In this document: positions 36,880 through 51,164 of the stretch, piece after piece
Layout of the letters: each line of letters begins with the position of its first letter
How positions within the stretch are numbered: position 1 is the first letter of the stretch
Source of the DNA: Octopus bimaculoides
Taxonomy: Eukaryota
Length of the DNA stretch: 64,000 nt
Assembly (NCBI RefSeq): GCF_001194135.2
Contig: NC_068982.1
Span: forward strand, 180,697,940 to 180,761,939
Direction: 5' to 3'
Translations under genes and position numbers: made by a program
Notes under the pieces: model-generated
What the model was told of the DNA's origin: nothing
Databases searched by the model: none
Seen by the model: only the letters and a program-made list of their open reading frames with translations

Positions 36880-37250
36880 TGAGAACGCTTATTTGGCATT
36901 CCTGAGTCGTTTGCTACCAAGAAAATCTGCATGAATAAATAGTTTTCGGTAGTAAAACCAGACGCACACTTATGCCAGAAACACGGTGCATTAGTCAATT
37001 TTCTGTTGAAAAATAGGGCTTTATGCAAAGAAATGGTATCACAATATTCCAAAGACATTGTTGAATCATGGAAAACTGAAGACGTTCATATATGCAGTTT
37101 AGATGTGGCACAAAGGCCATTCTTTACTGAAAATGTGCTAATAATTGTTCCAAAAAGCATGTCTTTTGGTCATTTTCTGTTCACAAATAGAGTTTTGTGC
37201 ATCACAAATGCACTCATAACACTCCTTGTGCATTGTTGCATTTTTTGACA
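36880..37250 (-). mobile_element. Very decayed Tc1-like transposase fragment
   Basis: Minus-strand pieces ..TMSLEYCDTI.. and ..IFQQ..D.NAPC.. recall MNSxxYxDIL..FQQDNAPCH. Frameshifted. Confidence 0.35.
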
Positions 37251-38244
37251 TCGAAGACATTAATATTGGCAACGTAGATTAGAATCAAATCTAAATATTC
37301 CCCGAAAATAACCTCAAAATTGTGCGACCTGACTTCGTTTTCCAGATTATTTTTGTAGTAAAAAAGAGTTGTGCACAAAAACATACTTCGTTTGGTAGCC
37401 GAAAGATTACTGAGTCTATTGATACTTCATACGTTAAAATAAGGAACTTATGTAGCATACACACAAACACACACACACACGCACAGAGAGAGAGAGAGAA
37501 ATTCTGTTTTATATATATAGATAAATATCATATTTATCTGTTAGAGTTGTGCTTCATAGATTAGGAGCGCCCATGCAGGCAATGGTTTCTGTAAGTTCAG
37601 AGCGAATGTTTTGATAAGGCATTCTCATGTTTGGTATCCATCTTACAAACGCTACCCATTCGAAATAATGGGTAGCGTTAATAATTCGTTATAATAATAA
37701 TAATTCGAATAATGAATAGAGTTATGGGATTTGTATTCGCATTGATTTTGTTGGTGCCAGTACATTATTGTTTGTGACACACATACACCCTTTCACACTC
37801 GAGATTGACTACTGATTCGCTTGATGAAATCTCTTGAATTGACATATTTGATATTATATACTATCCAGCTGTCGTAGTCACAGGAATGTCGTGGAGAGCG
37901 CAATGATCTGATGTACCAACAATTTTCATTAAAGACTAAGATTACCATTTGTAAAGACATGATGAGTTAGGTAATTGTTTGAGAAATAATTTAGTTTATA
38001 TTTTGGAAAATTCATCTATATATTGCAATTTGACTTTTACATATCTTCCACTCGTCTACATTGGATAGATATTACTTGGTATAATATTGGGTCTTCATGT
38101 TTTTGTGAGAATTTCGGGCAAGTCCTCAAGTAGATATAGAGGTAATACAGTTAGTATAACCCTGCTCTGCATTCCTGACAACTTCATATATGTCGAGCAA
38201 AAATCTGCATAACATGCAGAACACACGTAGGTGTCAAGCATATG

Positions 38245-38720
38245 CCCACACGTGGTTCCGGATTCCGCTCCACTGCGTGGCACCTTGGGAGAGCGTCTTT
38301 TACTATAGCTACGGGCCGACCAAAGCCTTGTGAGTGGGTCGGGTTGACGGAAACTGTGAGAAGCCCNNNNNNNNNNNNNNNNNNNNNNNNNNNNNNNNNN
38401 NNNNNNNNNNNNNNNNNNNNNNNNNNNNNNNNNNNNNNNNNNNNNNNNNNNNNNNNNNNNNNNNNNNNNNNNNNNNNNNNNNNNNNNNNNNNNNNNNNTA
38501 TATATAATCGTTTATGTGTTTGTATTTGTCCGTTCACCATCGCTTGACAACCGATCTTGTGTTTATGACCCCGCAACTTAGCGATCCACCTAAAGAGACA
38601 GAAAAAGCACGGGGCTTACAAAGAATAAGTCCTGAGGTCTATTTGTTTGGCTAAAGGCGGTGCTCCAGCATAGCCGTAATCAACTGACTGAAACGAGTAA
38701 AGGTATAAAAGAATGAAAAG
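38245..38720 (+). mobile_element. tRNA-derived SINE (family S2) spanning an N-gap
   Basis: CCACTGCGTGGCACCTTGGG..GCCGACCAAAGCCTTGTGAGTGG..[gap]..CACCATCGCTTGACAACCGAT..GGCGGTGCTCCAGCAT..GACTGAAACGAGTAAAAG. Confidence 0.85.
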
Positions 38721-41700
38721 AACGTTCAATGAGTGTATCATCCAAATCGAACGAGTATGGAAGAACAATAAACATAAAAAATATGTGAAAGGGAGATAGA
38801 CAGACATAAAGAGGGAGAGTTAGAGAGTGAGGGAGAATGAGGTAGAGAACAGATGGTGGCAATGAAATTAAAATGAGATAATACAGAGGAAAGTGAGGAA
38901 CATACAATGGAGTCATTGGTCGACATTTGCTAGCAATAAATCTACAAGTAATATGTCTTACCATAAATGATGTATCATTAGCGCTTCATACCTTCCTAAA
39001 CTATTTCTTTATCAGATGTTGCCCATCACCAAAAACTGGCGTGCAACCCAAACACTAATCATGTATTCTTACATAGTTGATATGCATAGCTTTCTTTATA
39101 AGTTTTCACTGTAGTACAAACAATGGCTAAGACCGATTTTTTAGAGAGATAATTGGATGTTTGGACATTCGTAATTGCCTTAGGTCGTAAAAAGATAAGT
39201 AAAGATAAATATTGACACTCTGAACAGAAATCAGCCACACTGTTTATAAATATAGATCAGCGTTGATGTTTATATACGAGATCCACCATTTATAAATATG
39301 TGCCACTGATAAGCAAACTTACGACGGAATATATATGTTATACTTTGACCAGTTAAAACTAGCAGCCTTCAAATTACACTCCATCGTGTCAAGTATAAGG
39401 AGAACTTTACGATTCTATCATTTTTTTAGAAACCCGTGTGCACTTTGACAATTGTTTTGTCTGATCACGGACGAACGTGGGTTAAAAAAAAACGTCAGTG
39501 TGTATCAACAAAATTACTATTACCCAGAATATTCTAATATCAAACAGAGAAATGAGAATGGAGTTTGAAGTAAAACTGTATTCTATTATACCTGTGTTTA
39601 ACACTTTCATGACTTTCTGTCGTTGTTCTTAGTGTAGTGAGCTGATACCGAAAGTATCGTCGGTCGTACTTTCTTATTAAAATGAAATACATCTACAAGT
39701 ACGTTAAGTCTGAACTTTTCGGTAGCATTGTACTAACGAATACATGGATTATATAAGTAGTACTGGCAGACGTCATCGTAGTAATCGATCGATTCCATCA
39801 CTAAGATCGATTTTTTTCTGCAAGATTTATTGTACGCAATTAAATGGTCACTGCTTCAAAGCTAAAACAATTTGAAATTAAGAGGTTTACATTATATTTT
39901 CATTATATTTCCCTATTCATTAAGGTAGAAACAATGTTACATTTAGGGTAGCATTCTCAATACTCTTGTCAACAGAAAACAAAAATGACCCCCGATTTTA
40001 TAGAAAGTGCAATTAGTGTGTACAAGTAAATTATGATAGGTGACAGAATCAGAAGAGCTTAAGGCACAATAAGGGGTGTTGTTTTAGTAATTTCCTTTTA
40101 GACTAGGACGAAAACACTGATTATAGTACGCTTGGATTTCAACATTCAGAGGTGAATAATATAAGGAACTGCTAACTACTATAATGATGAATACAATTAT
40201 ATTTTTTTCATATATTGTGGTCCCCATGCCTATATTAAAAATATTTACTTTTTTAAAGAATGTTATAGAGTTATAGATGCAGTCCGAGACATTTGCAGTC
40301 CCTAAAGCAGCAATCTATCGAGTCTGTTGCTTTAAACTGAGACATCGACAAAATAATTGCAGTGCTACTCAATCTGCTAGAAATAGATGCCATTTCTCAA
40401 ATCAATATAATACAGTCTTTCTGTAAACGGCATCAGATTATACCTACATAAAAGGTAATATGACTATACTTTCCTTTTCAGTGTGTTCTTAGATCTCTGC
40501 TATATTAAAACTGGTAAAATTCTGCAAATTTTTATGAAGTCTGTTTAATAAGTTGACATCCTTTGTCAACCGTCAAATATTTGCTGAGAATCGGAAATGA
40601 GATGTAATAATCATAGACCAAGTATCATTAAAAATGTAACATAAGCGAACAGGTGGCAACGTTGAAACATCTACGAGAAAATTCGTTTTGCCCTTCAACA
40701 ACCGACACCACCAAAGAATATGTGGAGAATGATATATATCTTATATTTCTTTACTAAATATTTTTGCGAAATATTATTGATGTCAAATGATACACAAGAA
40801 CCACATCTGACAAAAAGGTAGCATTTAAATACTTTAGATGATAAGAATAATTAATCGCTTGGGAAGTCAATTCTGAAAGATTCTTGGCATCAACGTTTGA
40901 TGCACCTAACGGTTAATTTATGAGCAGACGATTATAAACTGAACTTTTATCATCAATACCTGATCTTACAAAACTAATTAATCCTTGCGGCATTGCATCA
41001 TTTACTTCGATAGTTTTATGTTAATGTGTAAGTATGATTTACTTTCGTGGAAATATACTTATCAGTTCAAAAGTCTGTGAATCGCCGAATACATTTTAGA
41101 AATCTGAAATGGGTATGAAACAAGCATAATGTTTTGATTTCATTTTAATTAATTAAAATTCCACCTGTAATGCAGAGAAGAAAACTTCATTATGATAAGG
41201 AATATATTTGCTGACAAAAACAGAAGCGATAACATTTACTAAAACTACAACTGAGAGCAAAATGGAATGATATAGGAACTTGTTTTATTGTTTGGCAGAA
41301 AGACAACAAAGCAACTTGATGTTCTGTTACTATTAGACTTAACTCTTAGTGAAATGTTTTGTAGCATTCATTGCGGCTTTATGTTTTGAGTTTCAATTTT
41401 GACGCGATAGACTTTTCTTTTCATTCTTTCGGAGTTGATACAATAAGTACCACTTGAGCACATTGGTCGATGTAATTGAGTAGTCTGTCCCCCAAAATTT
41501 CAGGTATAGAAAATACGTAAACGTAATTAAAAAAAAAAAAAGTAAATTGGTAGTTCAAGAAAATATATATTAAAATCCCTGCGTAGAATGTTTATATAAG
41601 CATATTTTTTCTAAAAAGGTTAATGTTTTTCAAGAATTTTACAAATGTAAGGTGCTTCTTGAATAGATATAGACTAATTTTTCGCTCCTTTTCTTTGCTG

Positions 41701-41812
41701 AGATACAAGAATGAAGACGGAGCGAGGCACCTGTCACAAACATATGCAGAGAAATAAACATGAAAGGTATACCTTTGTGCGGCTGTCATAAATGTCAGCA
41801 TATCTCTCTTAC

Positions 41813-41854
41813 CGCATTCCAAACTTCTCTTTTGATTTGCTTCTCTCAAACAAG
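41813..41854 (-). other. Candidate 42-nt symmetric micro-exon
   Basis: GCTAAC..TTATTTAG|CTTGTTTGAG...GGAATGCG|GTAAGA; open frame LFERSKSKEKFGM, phase 2-2. Motif-only evidence. Confidence 0.2.
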
Positions 41855-42471
41855 CTAAATAATATCTTGTTAGCATTTCACATATCTGACTTGCTGCTGG
41901 AAAAAGCTGCTATTTATTTTTGTTTTTATTGATTGATTATAAAAATCATGAATGTTATATTTAAAGTATATCCTTAAGTGTTTCCATTGATACAAACATG
42001 CTATAAGAAAAACAACTATCTTATAGATATCTGTGCCAGAGAAGAAATATGTCAAAGTTATAGTGAAAAGAATTATTATATACTGTTTTCGTCGGCTACA
42101 AGTATATTTCTTTCTAAGAGGGAGAGGAAGGAGGATTTTAATTTCGGTCTTCAGGGTTAAGAATCAATTGACGAATAATACGTATATGTATAGAAGATAG
42201 AATCCAAGTACTAACACATACATATACCAAGTTATCTCAAATTCACACACAACAGTGTATATGTTCATATGTGTTGAAATAAAAGTGGATATAAAAATGG
42301 TGTGAAACAGAATAATTTAGCGTACTTGCAGAGAATAACATTACGTAGTACAACATAGAGGAATTCGCATACATTTATTTAACTGAAAAATGTCTCATTT
42401 ATTTTTTAAATAATTGCAAATATCTCTATCGACTAATTTCCGTGGATCTTTCTTGTGAGAGTTCAGAACTG

Positions 42472-42825
42472 CTTAAGCCGGAGTGCCCACATTAACAACA
42501 ACGTCGACATGATTCGCAGGGCGTGCTCCTGGATCCTCGAGATTTTTTGGTCTATCGACACTCCTGATATTGACATTCTCTTCTTTAATTTCAACTCTAC
42601 TCACTTCTAATACTGTTGTCCACTGTGGTCTCCGAACACGAAATAAAATATTATAATGATTGAGGAGCCTCAGAAGTAAATCACAATATAAATAGAATAC
42701 ATGACATATCATGGGTATCAAACTGCGTTCCCTCCAACGCTGCTACAAACATTATATCATTTTTATGACGTGGAAAATATTCCAGCAGCATCGCAAATTA
42801 ATTCGTCCATTCGCTGGCGATTCTT
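42472..42825 (+). mobile_element. CR1-group LINE fragment (post-RT region)
   Basis: SAHINNNVDMIRRACSWILEIF..*YCCPLWSPNTK..EEPQK..LRSLQRCYKHYIIFMTWKIFQQH; compare with the LEYCCPLWSP..LYSLQRRRERY pattern. Confidence 0.75.
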
Positions 42826-43094
42826 GCCTGTTCGAAGCAGATGCAGTTCCACTGCGTCTATATCTTTGTAATGATGTTGCTCTTCATAATCATCGATCTG
42901 TGCCCATCACTCTTGCCATTTCTATCATCTCCGTAAACAACTGGCAATGTAAGGCTGAACATTATTTTTTAGATTTTACTTAGTTTGTTCACATTGCATA
43001 TGTTGTTTCGAAAAGGGAAAAATCACTGAAAAGAAGACACAGTGGGATACCATCAAATGCGAGCACAACAGGAATCGTTTCCGAGTGCGTGTTT

Positions 43095-43197
43095 GAGGAA
43101 CTCAAACTTCATTCCCTCCAACGCTGCTGCAAGCATTATATGATTTTAATGACGGAAAATATTCCAGCAGCATTGCAAATCAATTCGTCCATTCGTC
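43095..43197 (+). mobile_element. Second short fragment of the same CR1-group LINE
   Basis: EELKLHSLQRCCKHYMI; 43102-43195 aligns with 42718-42814. Confidence 0.7.
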
Positions 43198-44849
43198 CAT
43201 ATATATATATATATATATATATAAGATACCCGCTACTGATTGTCACAAACACACAGGCACACAGATACTGCCATACACATACAAAACACACTATTCACGC
43301 ACACAAACAGAAACCCACAGGCATACAGATACTACCACACACACTCACACACACACATATACTGGCCTTCTTCGTACTCACCTGTCCTAAAAAACACTTT
43401 CTCAAATCTCATTCTACTTCCAGTCAGTTAAACAATGTAACCTCAGACGTGCTGCTGGCGATTTCTTTTCCTTCTTTAGTCTTTTCCATTTCTCCTTTCC
43501 GACGAAGAGCTAAGCTCGAAAAAGCAAACACTCTCTTTTCCCCGAGTGTCAAGATAATACATATCTTGTGAACGTCCTCTTGTCCTTTAATTTTATTTGT
43601 TTATTTGAATTAAGTATATATATAGACGTAACTGAGGTGACTAAGGTTGCTAGTCAGCAACGGCGTTGCTAGAAATAAGAGCCAAAACAACTCGTATTTC
43701 TAGCAATGCTGGTATCGACGAGTACTCTTAGTCAAATTTTGAGACGTCTCTACTTGTGTCTTTTGCTTGTAAATTGCAAATAAGCCACACACATGATTAT
43801 GTATCTTTTTTGTGTTTGTGATGTGTTCACCAACTACAATTACCATCATTTGAAAATTGCTTTTTTTTTTTTTACATCTGTATAACCTTGAAAATTTAAT
43901 TTCCATAGATCTGAAACAATAAGTTGTTTGTCTACCATCAACTAGTTTTTATGCTAATTCTTAAAATAATTTATTTTGAAATAACAAATTCTATCACTCT
44001 CAAGTATTTGGATATAACGTTTAGTTTTGGATATAAAATCTGCTGTTTAACTTTAGGGCCTCCTACATCAGTGATGTGATGAAATGTTAACAAATAGTAA
44101 TAGCATTTGAAAGTCAATATGGTTTACGTGCGAATAAATTTCAGCTTCAGGAAGAACATTTTGACGAAAACGAGGTTTTGAATATTGTTGCAGTCATCCA
44201 TTAATTTTTATTTGCACGCCAATGAACTGGATGAATATTTTTATTCTGAAAACGTCACCTAATGTATTTATTATACAGCATACTGTTAATGCAATTCGAT
44301 ATTTTTGTTATGTATAACTGTTTATTGTTTTTCCTGTTCGTAATATAAACATTCTCTTTAGCACAGTTTTTCCAGAATAGATCGGTTTCAGCTGCATTAA
44401 ATATGTATTGTGAAGAATGGGAAACTATCTCAATTACTTTGACTAGGAATTTGATATGAAGGATTGAATATTTTCCTTTTTCAAGCCATCAGTTACTGAC
44501 TGATTTGTGATGATTTGATTGAGAATACCTACTGAATTTCGTCATGTAGCAAAGCCGTAAATAGACAACGGATTTGAGGTTTATGTTCCATCTAAAATAA
44601 TTAGATATTTTCATTGTTTTTGCAAGATTACTGTGTTTGATGTTTGTTTTGAAAACATTAATGATCCTGCGATGGTACTATCTCTCATTTGTTCAAATTA
44701 TTAAATATCCTAATTGTTATTTCATTTACATTAGACAGTTTCATGATTATTTTGTAGCTGAATTAAGGATTTAACTTTTATTTCTAATCAATTATCTGTG
44801 AGGTTTCCATGACATTGCACAAAACACAAAAATGAAGGACTACAGTGTC

Positions 44850-46040
44850 ACTATGCTCCCTGCCTCCTATACACCAAGGAACGAAGACGGGCCAAATTAA
44901 AGAGCTGCCCGTCTGTTCTAGCGCAGTGAAAAAAAACCCTATGCAAATTAACCCTTATAGTGTCAAGCATACCTGCCAGGTAAAGAGATGTGTGCTGGGG
45001 GTGGGGGGCAAGCACGCAGCACCGCTTCACACCGTTCTTGACTACAAAGGCTTCCCTAAAATCTCTATCAATAGGGACGAGAACTGACATTCCTGTTTGG
45101 AACTGTTTGATCATATTACGTGAGAGAATTCATAAGTCTGCAGTACATTCCAAAGAATTTCCGTCTAGAATACTTTAAAAACATCCACAACCATCATGAC
45201 GATAGGTTGTTGCTGCTCACCTTTCTTTAGCTCTTTCATGGTGTTCTCATGGCAGAAGTCGTCTCGGGTCTGGTGTTGCTCTAGCCATCTGCAGATGCCT
45301 GGTTGGACGGATCCTTGCTGAGTGAACAGGTCACGGAAATGTTCTTACCACTTGGTTCTCCTCTCTCGAAGGTAGGTGTGCAGTTTGCTCCCGTCTAATG
45401 ACTTGACTTGCTCCTGGGGCCATGCATGGCTTTCAGTTCCGTAACCATTTCGTGTTAGTCGTGCTTATTGGCCATGCTCTGCAGGCTTTCTGCCTCCCTC
45501 AGACACCAGTCTGTCTTCAGCGTTCTCAATTCTCTCCGCAATTTGGAATTGATTTCACTAAAAGCGACACTGTTCCTCTCATAGTTTTGCAGATATGGCT
45601 AGAAGGACATTGTTTATATTGTTGCAGCTTTTTGATCTCTTCATGCTCTCGTCCAATCGGGTGTTTTACACCGCGATGTCCCTAAGCTATTTGGAAAAGA
45701 CTCTCCAGCTTGGCATGTGATGCACATATGATAGCAATGGTTCTGTTGAGGCGACACGTATTGTACATTTATACGTCACATGTATATTAACATCTTTATC
45801 ACCTTGACCTAACGTAGGCTTCTAACTGCAAAATAGATTTATTTTGGTAGTCTGGCATTTACGTTTGCATGATATCTGCGTTGTTGCCAGGGCATGCATG
45901 AACTTCTCTTCTACGTAACCGATGTTTATTCAAAGGAATGGACAGCGACGAGGGCTGATACAGGCTTGGTCACCTTGTCGTCCAAGAGTTGGTGTCCGAA
46001 GACAAAGCCCATGAACAGATAAAAGAAGGCATATTTCCCG
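44850..46040 (-). mobile_element. RTE-clade (BovB-like) LINE fragment with an internal deletion
   Basis: Minus strand: ..EAESLQSMA..LKAMHGP..SLDGSKL..W*EHFRDLF.. (EN-RT linker), then ..LWNVL..MIKQFQTGM..FVVKNGVKRCCVLAP..RTDGQLFNLARLR (RT). Confidence 0.85.
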
Positions 46041-49000
46041 AAAGTCTTATAATCAACCACCTCGGAATAATATTTATTTTATCTATCCCGAGGTATAACA
46101 AGTAAGATTAACTGTGGATCTTGGTCGCAGAGAACAAAGAATCAGAAGTAATACTACATTGTATTTTAGTCAACGCTCTTATAACTCTGTCGATCTGTGA
46201 TACCTTTACAATATAGAAAGTACTGGAGAATATAAACGAATATCACTTACCTCCAGCTAATCTAAGCTGAATCTGATTACTACATACTCTAATGCTATTA
46301 ACTATAACTGCATTAACGCTACCATGAAACAGTAGAAGCTGTATTCAAGATGCTGTTCACCAAACAACAATATTTGCTAACAGCATCAATGTCTTAGTTT
46401 AATAATTAGTCTCAGTTAATCCGCTTTGATTTATCTATCAAGTCTCACTTTATCCACTAACGCAAAGAAATATACTGTGCACACCTTTAAAATCCACATG
46501 GTGTATATGAAGCAACAACATGAGATGCAATTTAAAATATATCGTATTGTGCTTAGTTATGTCTTTTTACTTGAAAAAGTCGCTATATTTGTACAATTAA
46601 GATTTATCTAATGCAGCCATATAAGACTCACATTTGTGTTTGTAACAAATGTTTCACTTTTTCTTAATGCATTACTCCACTCTTATTTAATACGATAATA
46701 AAATCAAACACTATGTATATTTAAAAAACATTCACTTTGATCTACTATTTCACCTTTACAAATTTTTATATAATTCTTGAAACATAAAACGTTGCCCAAC
46801 AGCACGTCTGTTTAAACCGCTAAGTACTTCCTTCTACGATGAACTGAACAACCGTATACTACATATAAGCACAGCTCTCTCATTAAATCCCAGCCCTTCC
46901 GCTTTACACCTATTTATTTTCCAAACTTAAAAATCGTATCCCAACATATTTCTTTTAGTTGAAGAAACACGTGGATAATCAGGCTAATACCTCGATACAC
47001 AAAAGTATAATCTTCCCATGATAGTCCATTTTTCAGCTAATGCTTCCCAATATGCTTCATTTTTCCCTCGAAAATATTTTGCTGTCACCATATTCTTGAG
47101 ATTTTTCTGTATGTGTCTGCGTGTCAGTACAAAGATTCTGTTATTAGAAATGTTATGAGGAAACAAATTCATTACTTAAAAATATTCAGTTTTAGATCAT
47201 ATTCTCTGTAAGGCAGCATGCGATCTCAAACAATAACTAGTTATCTATTGTTATATGTAATAATTATTATTTAAGTTTCTAATCAATCTCCCAGTTGTCT
47301 CTTTTTTATTACAATAACTTTATTTAACTCTATAACTTCTACACAGTACTTCTAAATCATACCGGAAAATTATTTACAAATATTAAGAGACAACTGGTAT
47401 GTAATTAATTCTATCAACAATTTCTAAAATTACCAATTGAAATAATATTAACACAAATTTATGAAGGACCAATGCATTTAAATCAACCTAATTCTATTAA
47501 TATTTCACATTGTAGTACCGCTCGCATTTAAGCGAGTCTTTTATATGTTTACTAACATTATCGCTAAATCTGTGTTTCTATAAACATCAATATAAGCATT
47601 TTGTAAGTCATTTAGTTTATTTCTTTTTAAATAGTCTTTAACTTAAGTCGTCGTCCAATTAAGAAATATTTCCTTCAAATATCGACTTTGCTAATTTATT
47701 CTCTTTCAGTAAATCTTAAAGACTTTATTGAACCTAATTAGCTTTGCTTACTTAACGACAGAAGTATAGATAACGGAGATTAAACACTCACTACAAATGA
47801 AAATTATCACGATATATGTACAAGTCACTCAATCCAGATCACTTTAAAACCTAGAAACTTATCTTTTATTGTGACAAGTGAGCACTATGTTCTAAATATT
47901 TTAAATGTAATGATCTTAAATATACAGGTGTCTTTGAATGCTATTTTAACACGCTACTACTAACATATCACAATATGCACATTTCGTTCAATAATTAGCT
48001 GTACAAAATATCAACAACCTTGTTTTGAAAATTACACTCATTTCATAACACCCCATGCAGCAGATAGTTCTTTCTAAACAAATAACATATGATTATAAAG
48101 ATTATAACTTTTGCCTCCATTGTGAACATTATTTGCTGTGTATATGAGGAATGATAACTTTTAATATTTAAAAAAAAATTATAAATAATTTGAAATATGT
48201 ATAATATCTGCATTATCTCTCCACATAAATTGAGTTTTCAATTTACTTACTTTCCAAACAACTTCACGCTGTGAATGAGAAAACACCTAAGTTTTTTAAA
48301 AATACATTACTTTCTTGGAGTTAACGCTATTTCTGTTAATATGGGACGTAAAGTCGTTTCATTTTGATAATTTCCCATTTGTTCCATAGTAGGCTGAATT
48401 TCCTAATAAAATAAAATGTCATTATTCTTACTATGTTATTCATGTTTAAATATTTTGATAGTATTTGTACAATTCTTATGCTAGCAATTAAAAAGACATC
48501 GATTACATGGGCGACTATGTCAACACAAGAAGCCAGTATATGATTGTAAATTAAACGCTGGCGGAGTTGTTTTAAAAATACAAATGATACATTTATTCGT
48601 TTCCAAAGTTTGGGCTAAGGTTCTTTTGTAAAAACAAAAAGACTTGCTAATTTTGTTATCGTTTATTTTTTAAACAATAACTATATTTCCGTTTCTGTAT
48701 TCAACACGAGTGAACCATGAATGCTATTTACTTGGCAGACTACAAATACAGCCCAACTGATATGAAACCTAACAGACCAAGAGGAATTATATTACACAGA
48801 AGATTTAAACACTTAAATGCTATTAAGTGTGTTGAGAACTGAAATTAGTTCTCCATCCCATCACAAGTCTATATCTATTTACGGAGAGGGCAATTATGTG
48901 TTAAACATGAAGCTGAAGTTACCGTAATTTGATGCAACAGCAAAGAATATTTCAATTTTAAGGTAAGCTACGCTGTTACGGTTACTGAAATGCTCAAGAG

Positions 49001-49236
49001 AGCATCGTGTGTAGTATTACTAGTGTGTAATGAATCAAAGTCAGTTTATGTTTCCTTGCTTTTTATATTTTTTTTATTGAAGTAATAACAGTTGAATAGT
49101 TAAGAGTTTCACTTTGCAATCATATGCGTCTCAGTTTGATCTCATTAGATTTCATTTGGGACAAGTGACTTCAGCTGTAGTATTGTATGAACAAATGTTC
49201 TTGGGTAGAATTTAGTATCCAGGTACTGTTCAGATG

Positions 49237-49286
<50 letters not shown>
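49237..49286. repeat. (TCTA)n microsatellite
   Basis: Direct inspection. Confidence 0.95.
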
Positions 49287-49339
49287 CACCTACCTATCTA
49301 TCTATGTATCTATCTGTCTAACTGTCTGTCTGTCTCTCC

Positions 49340-49380
<41 letters not shown>

Positions 49381-49840
49381 TTTGTACGTATCTACACAAA
49401 TATATGTGTGTGTGTATGTATGTAAGGGTGTGAACCTGTGGCTATAAATTCGTATCTAATGGTACAAACTATTGTCGTGCACCTCTATGTTGAAACGCAA
49501 ATGAACATTCGATACCCTGATATCGACTATAATAATCATCAGACTGAAATCGCATCAGCCAAGTGATCAATGAAGGCAGCAAAAAATCATTCAAGTATTC
49601 ATCACTGATTTTTCTATTGCGAATGATAACTTTCACAGGAAAAAGCTATATAGTTAAATGTAAGATGTAATAATTTCAGCAACAAAGATTAAATCAACTG
49701 CGACTGTGTTTGTAGAACAATTTCTAAAACAGGTATATCCAGATTTTTAATCATCTATAAGATACCGTTGTTTAGTTGTGTGTTAATACTAAATTGTGAC
49801 CTTATAATTTCAGTAGAAACAAATATTAAAAAGTGGGGAA

Positions 49841-50049
49841 GGTGGCGAACTGACAGAAACATTATCACGTTGGGTCCAGCGGTGTTTCGTCTGTCTTTAT
49901 GTTCTGAGTTCAAATTCCGCCGAGGTCGTCTTGGCTCTTCATCCTTTCGGGGTCGATGAATTAAGTATCAGTTGCGTACTGGGATGGATCTAATCGACTT
50001 TCCCCCTCCCCCAAATTTCAAGCCGTGTGCCTAGAGTAGAAAAGAATAT
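49841..50049 (+). mobile_element. tRNA-derived SINE (family S1), cluster copy 1
   Basis: GGTGGCGAACTGACAG head; GTTCTGAGTTCAAATTCCGCCGAGGTCG; tail CCTAGAGTAGAAAAGAATAT. Confidence 0.85.
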
Positions 50050-50066
50050 CAAAAGGCTTAGGACAA

Positions 50067-50270
50067 GGTGGTGACCTGGCTGAATTGCTGGCCTTCTTAG
50101 CGGCATTTCGCCCGTCTTACGTTCTGAGTTCAAATTCCATGGAGGCCAGCTTTGCCATTCATCCTTTCGACGTTGATAACATAAGCATCAGTGGAGTTTT
50201 GAAGTCAATGCAATTGACTTAACTCCACCCCAAAATTGCTGGTCTTGTGCCAACATTTTAAATCAATATT
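50067..50270 (+). mobile_element. tRNA-derived SINE (family S1), cluster copy 2
   Basis: GGTGGTGACCTGGC head; GTTCTGAGTTCAAATTCC; tail GGTCTTGTGCCAACATTTTAAATCAATATT. Confidence 0.8.
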
Positions 50271-50286
50271 AAAAAGATGGGATAAT

Positions 50287-50472
50287 GCAGTGAGTTGGCA
50301 GTGTCATTTCCGCGCCGAGCAAAATGTTTCACGGCATTTCGTCTGTCTCTACGTTTTGATTTTGCTTTTCTACTTTTCGGGGCCGATAAAACAAGTACCA
50401 GTTGAGTACTGAGATCGATGAAATGAACTCTCTCCTTCCCTAAACTTGCAGGTCTTGTACCAAAATTTGAGA
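50287..50472 (+). mobile_element. tRNA-derived SINE (family S1), cluster copy 3, B-box deleted
   Basis: GCAGTGAGTTGGCAG head; CGGCATTTCGTCTG; AAGTACCAGTTGAGTACTG; GGTCTTGTACCAAAATTTGA. Confidence 0.75.
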
Positions 50473-51164
50473 AACGAGTGAAATTGGGAAGTCTGAATTG
50501 TAGTTACGTCTGTTCTGTTGCAACTAAGACTTCGTGGACACGGATGCAATTTCCCTTCACTATTCCTATATTAAACTGCATTAATAGGTATTGTCAGCAG
50601 TTTTGAACAAGGTGTTGTTAATCGATACCATAGACTTCAGTATATGACAGATAATATATTTTGTTGACCCCCAAAAGATGAATGGATAGCTAACCTCAAT
50701 GAATTTTGAACTTCGGATAGAGCAGACAACAAACAGAAGAAGGAATTTTTCCCAACGTCTTTACGATTCTGCTCCTCCACTGACAAATATTAAACAAGGC
50801 TATTTTTTTTTTCAAATTGCTCCCGTTTATTCGGCTGTAATTAATATCAGTCACGTAATGGTACATCTAACCACAGTTCCAGCTATCGCGTATCATGAAA
50901 TGAAGTTGAGGTAGGGGCTGGTGAAAAGTGAGGATCTCTGCTCATCGGAAACGTCGGTGTTCTGCTTCGGTCAAACGCTTGTTTGTTTTGCTTTTAGCGA
51001 AATCATGGTACGTATCACTAGGATATGTCCACTCACGAGTGGCAACTGACTGTAGAATTACTGCATCTACTTTTGTAACTCAAATGAATATGAAAATTGT
51101 GGGATCTGTTTTTGTGATTTAAAATAATATTTTTTAGGAAACACACATAGTATAGCATTGTTGA

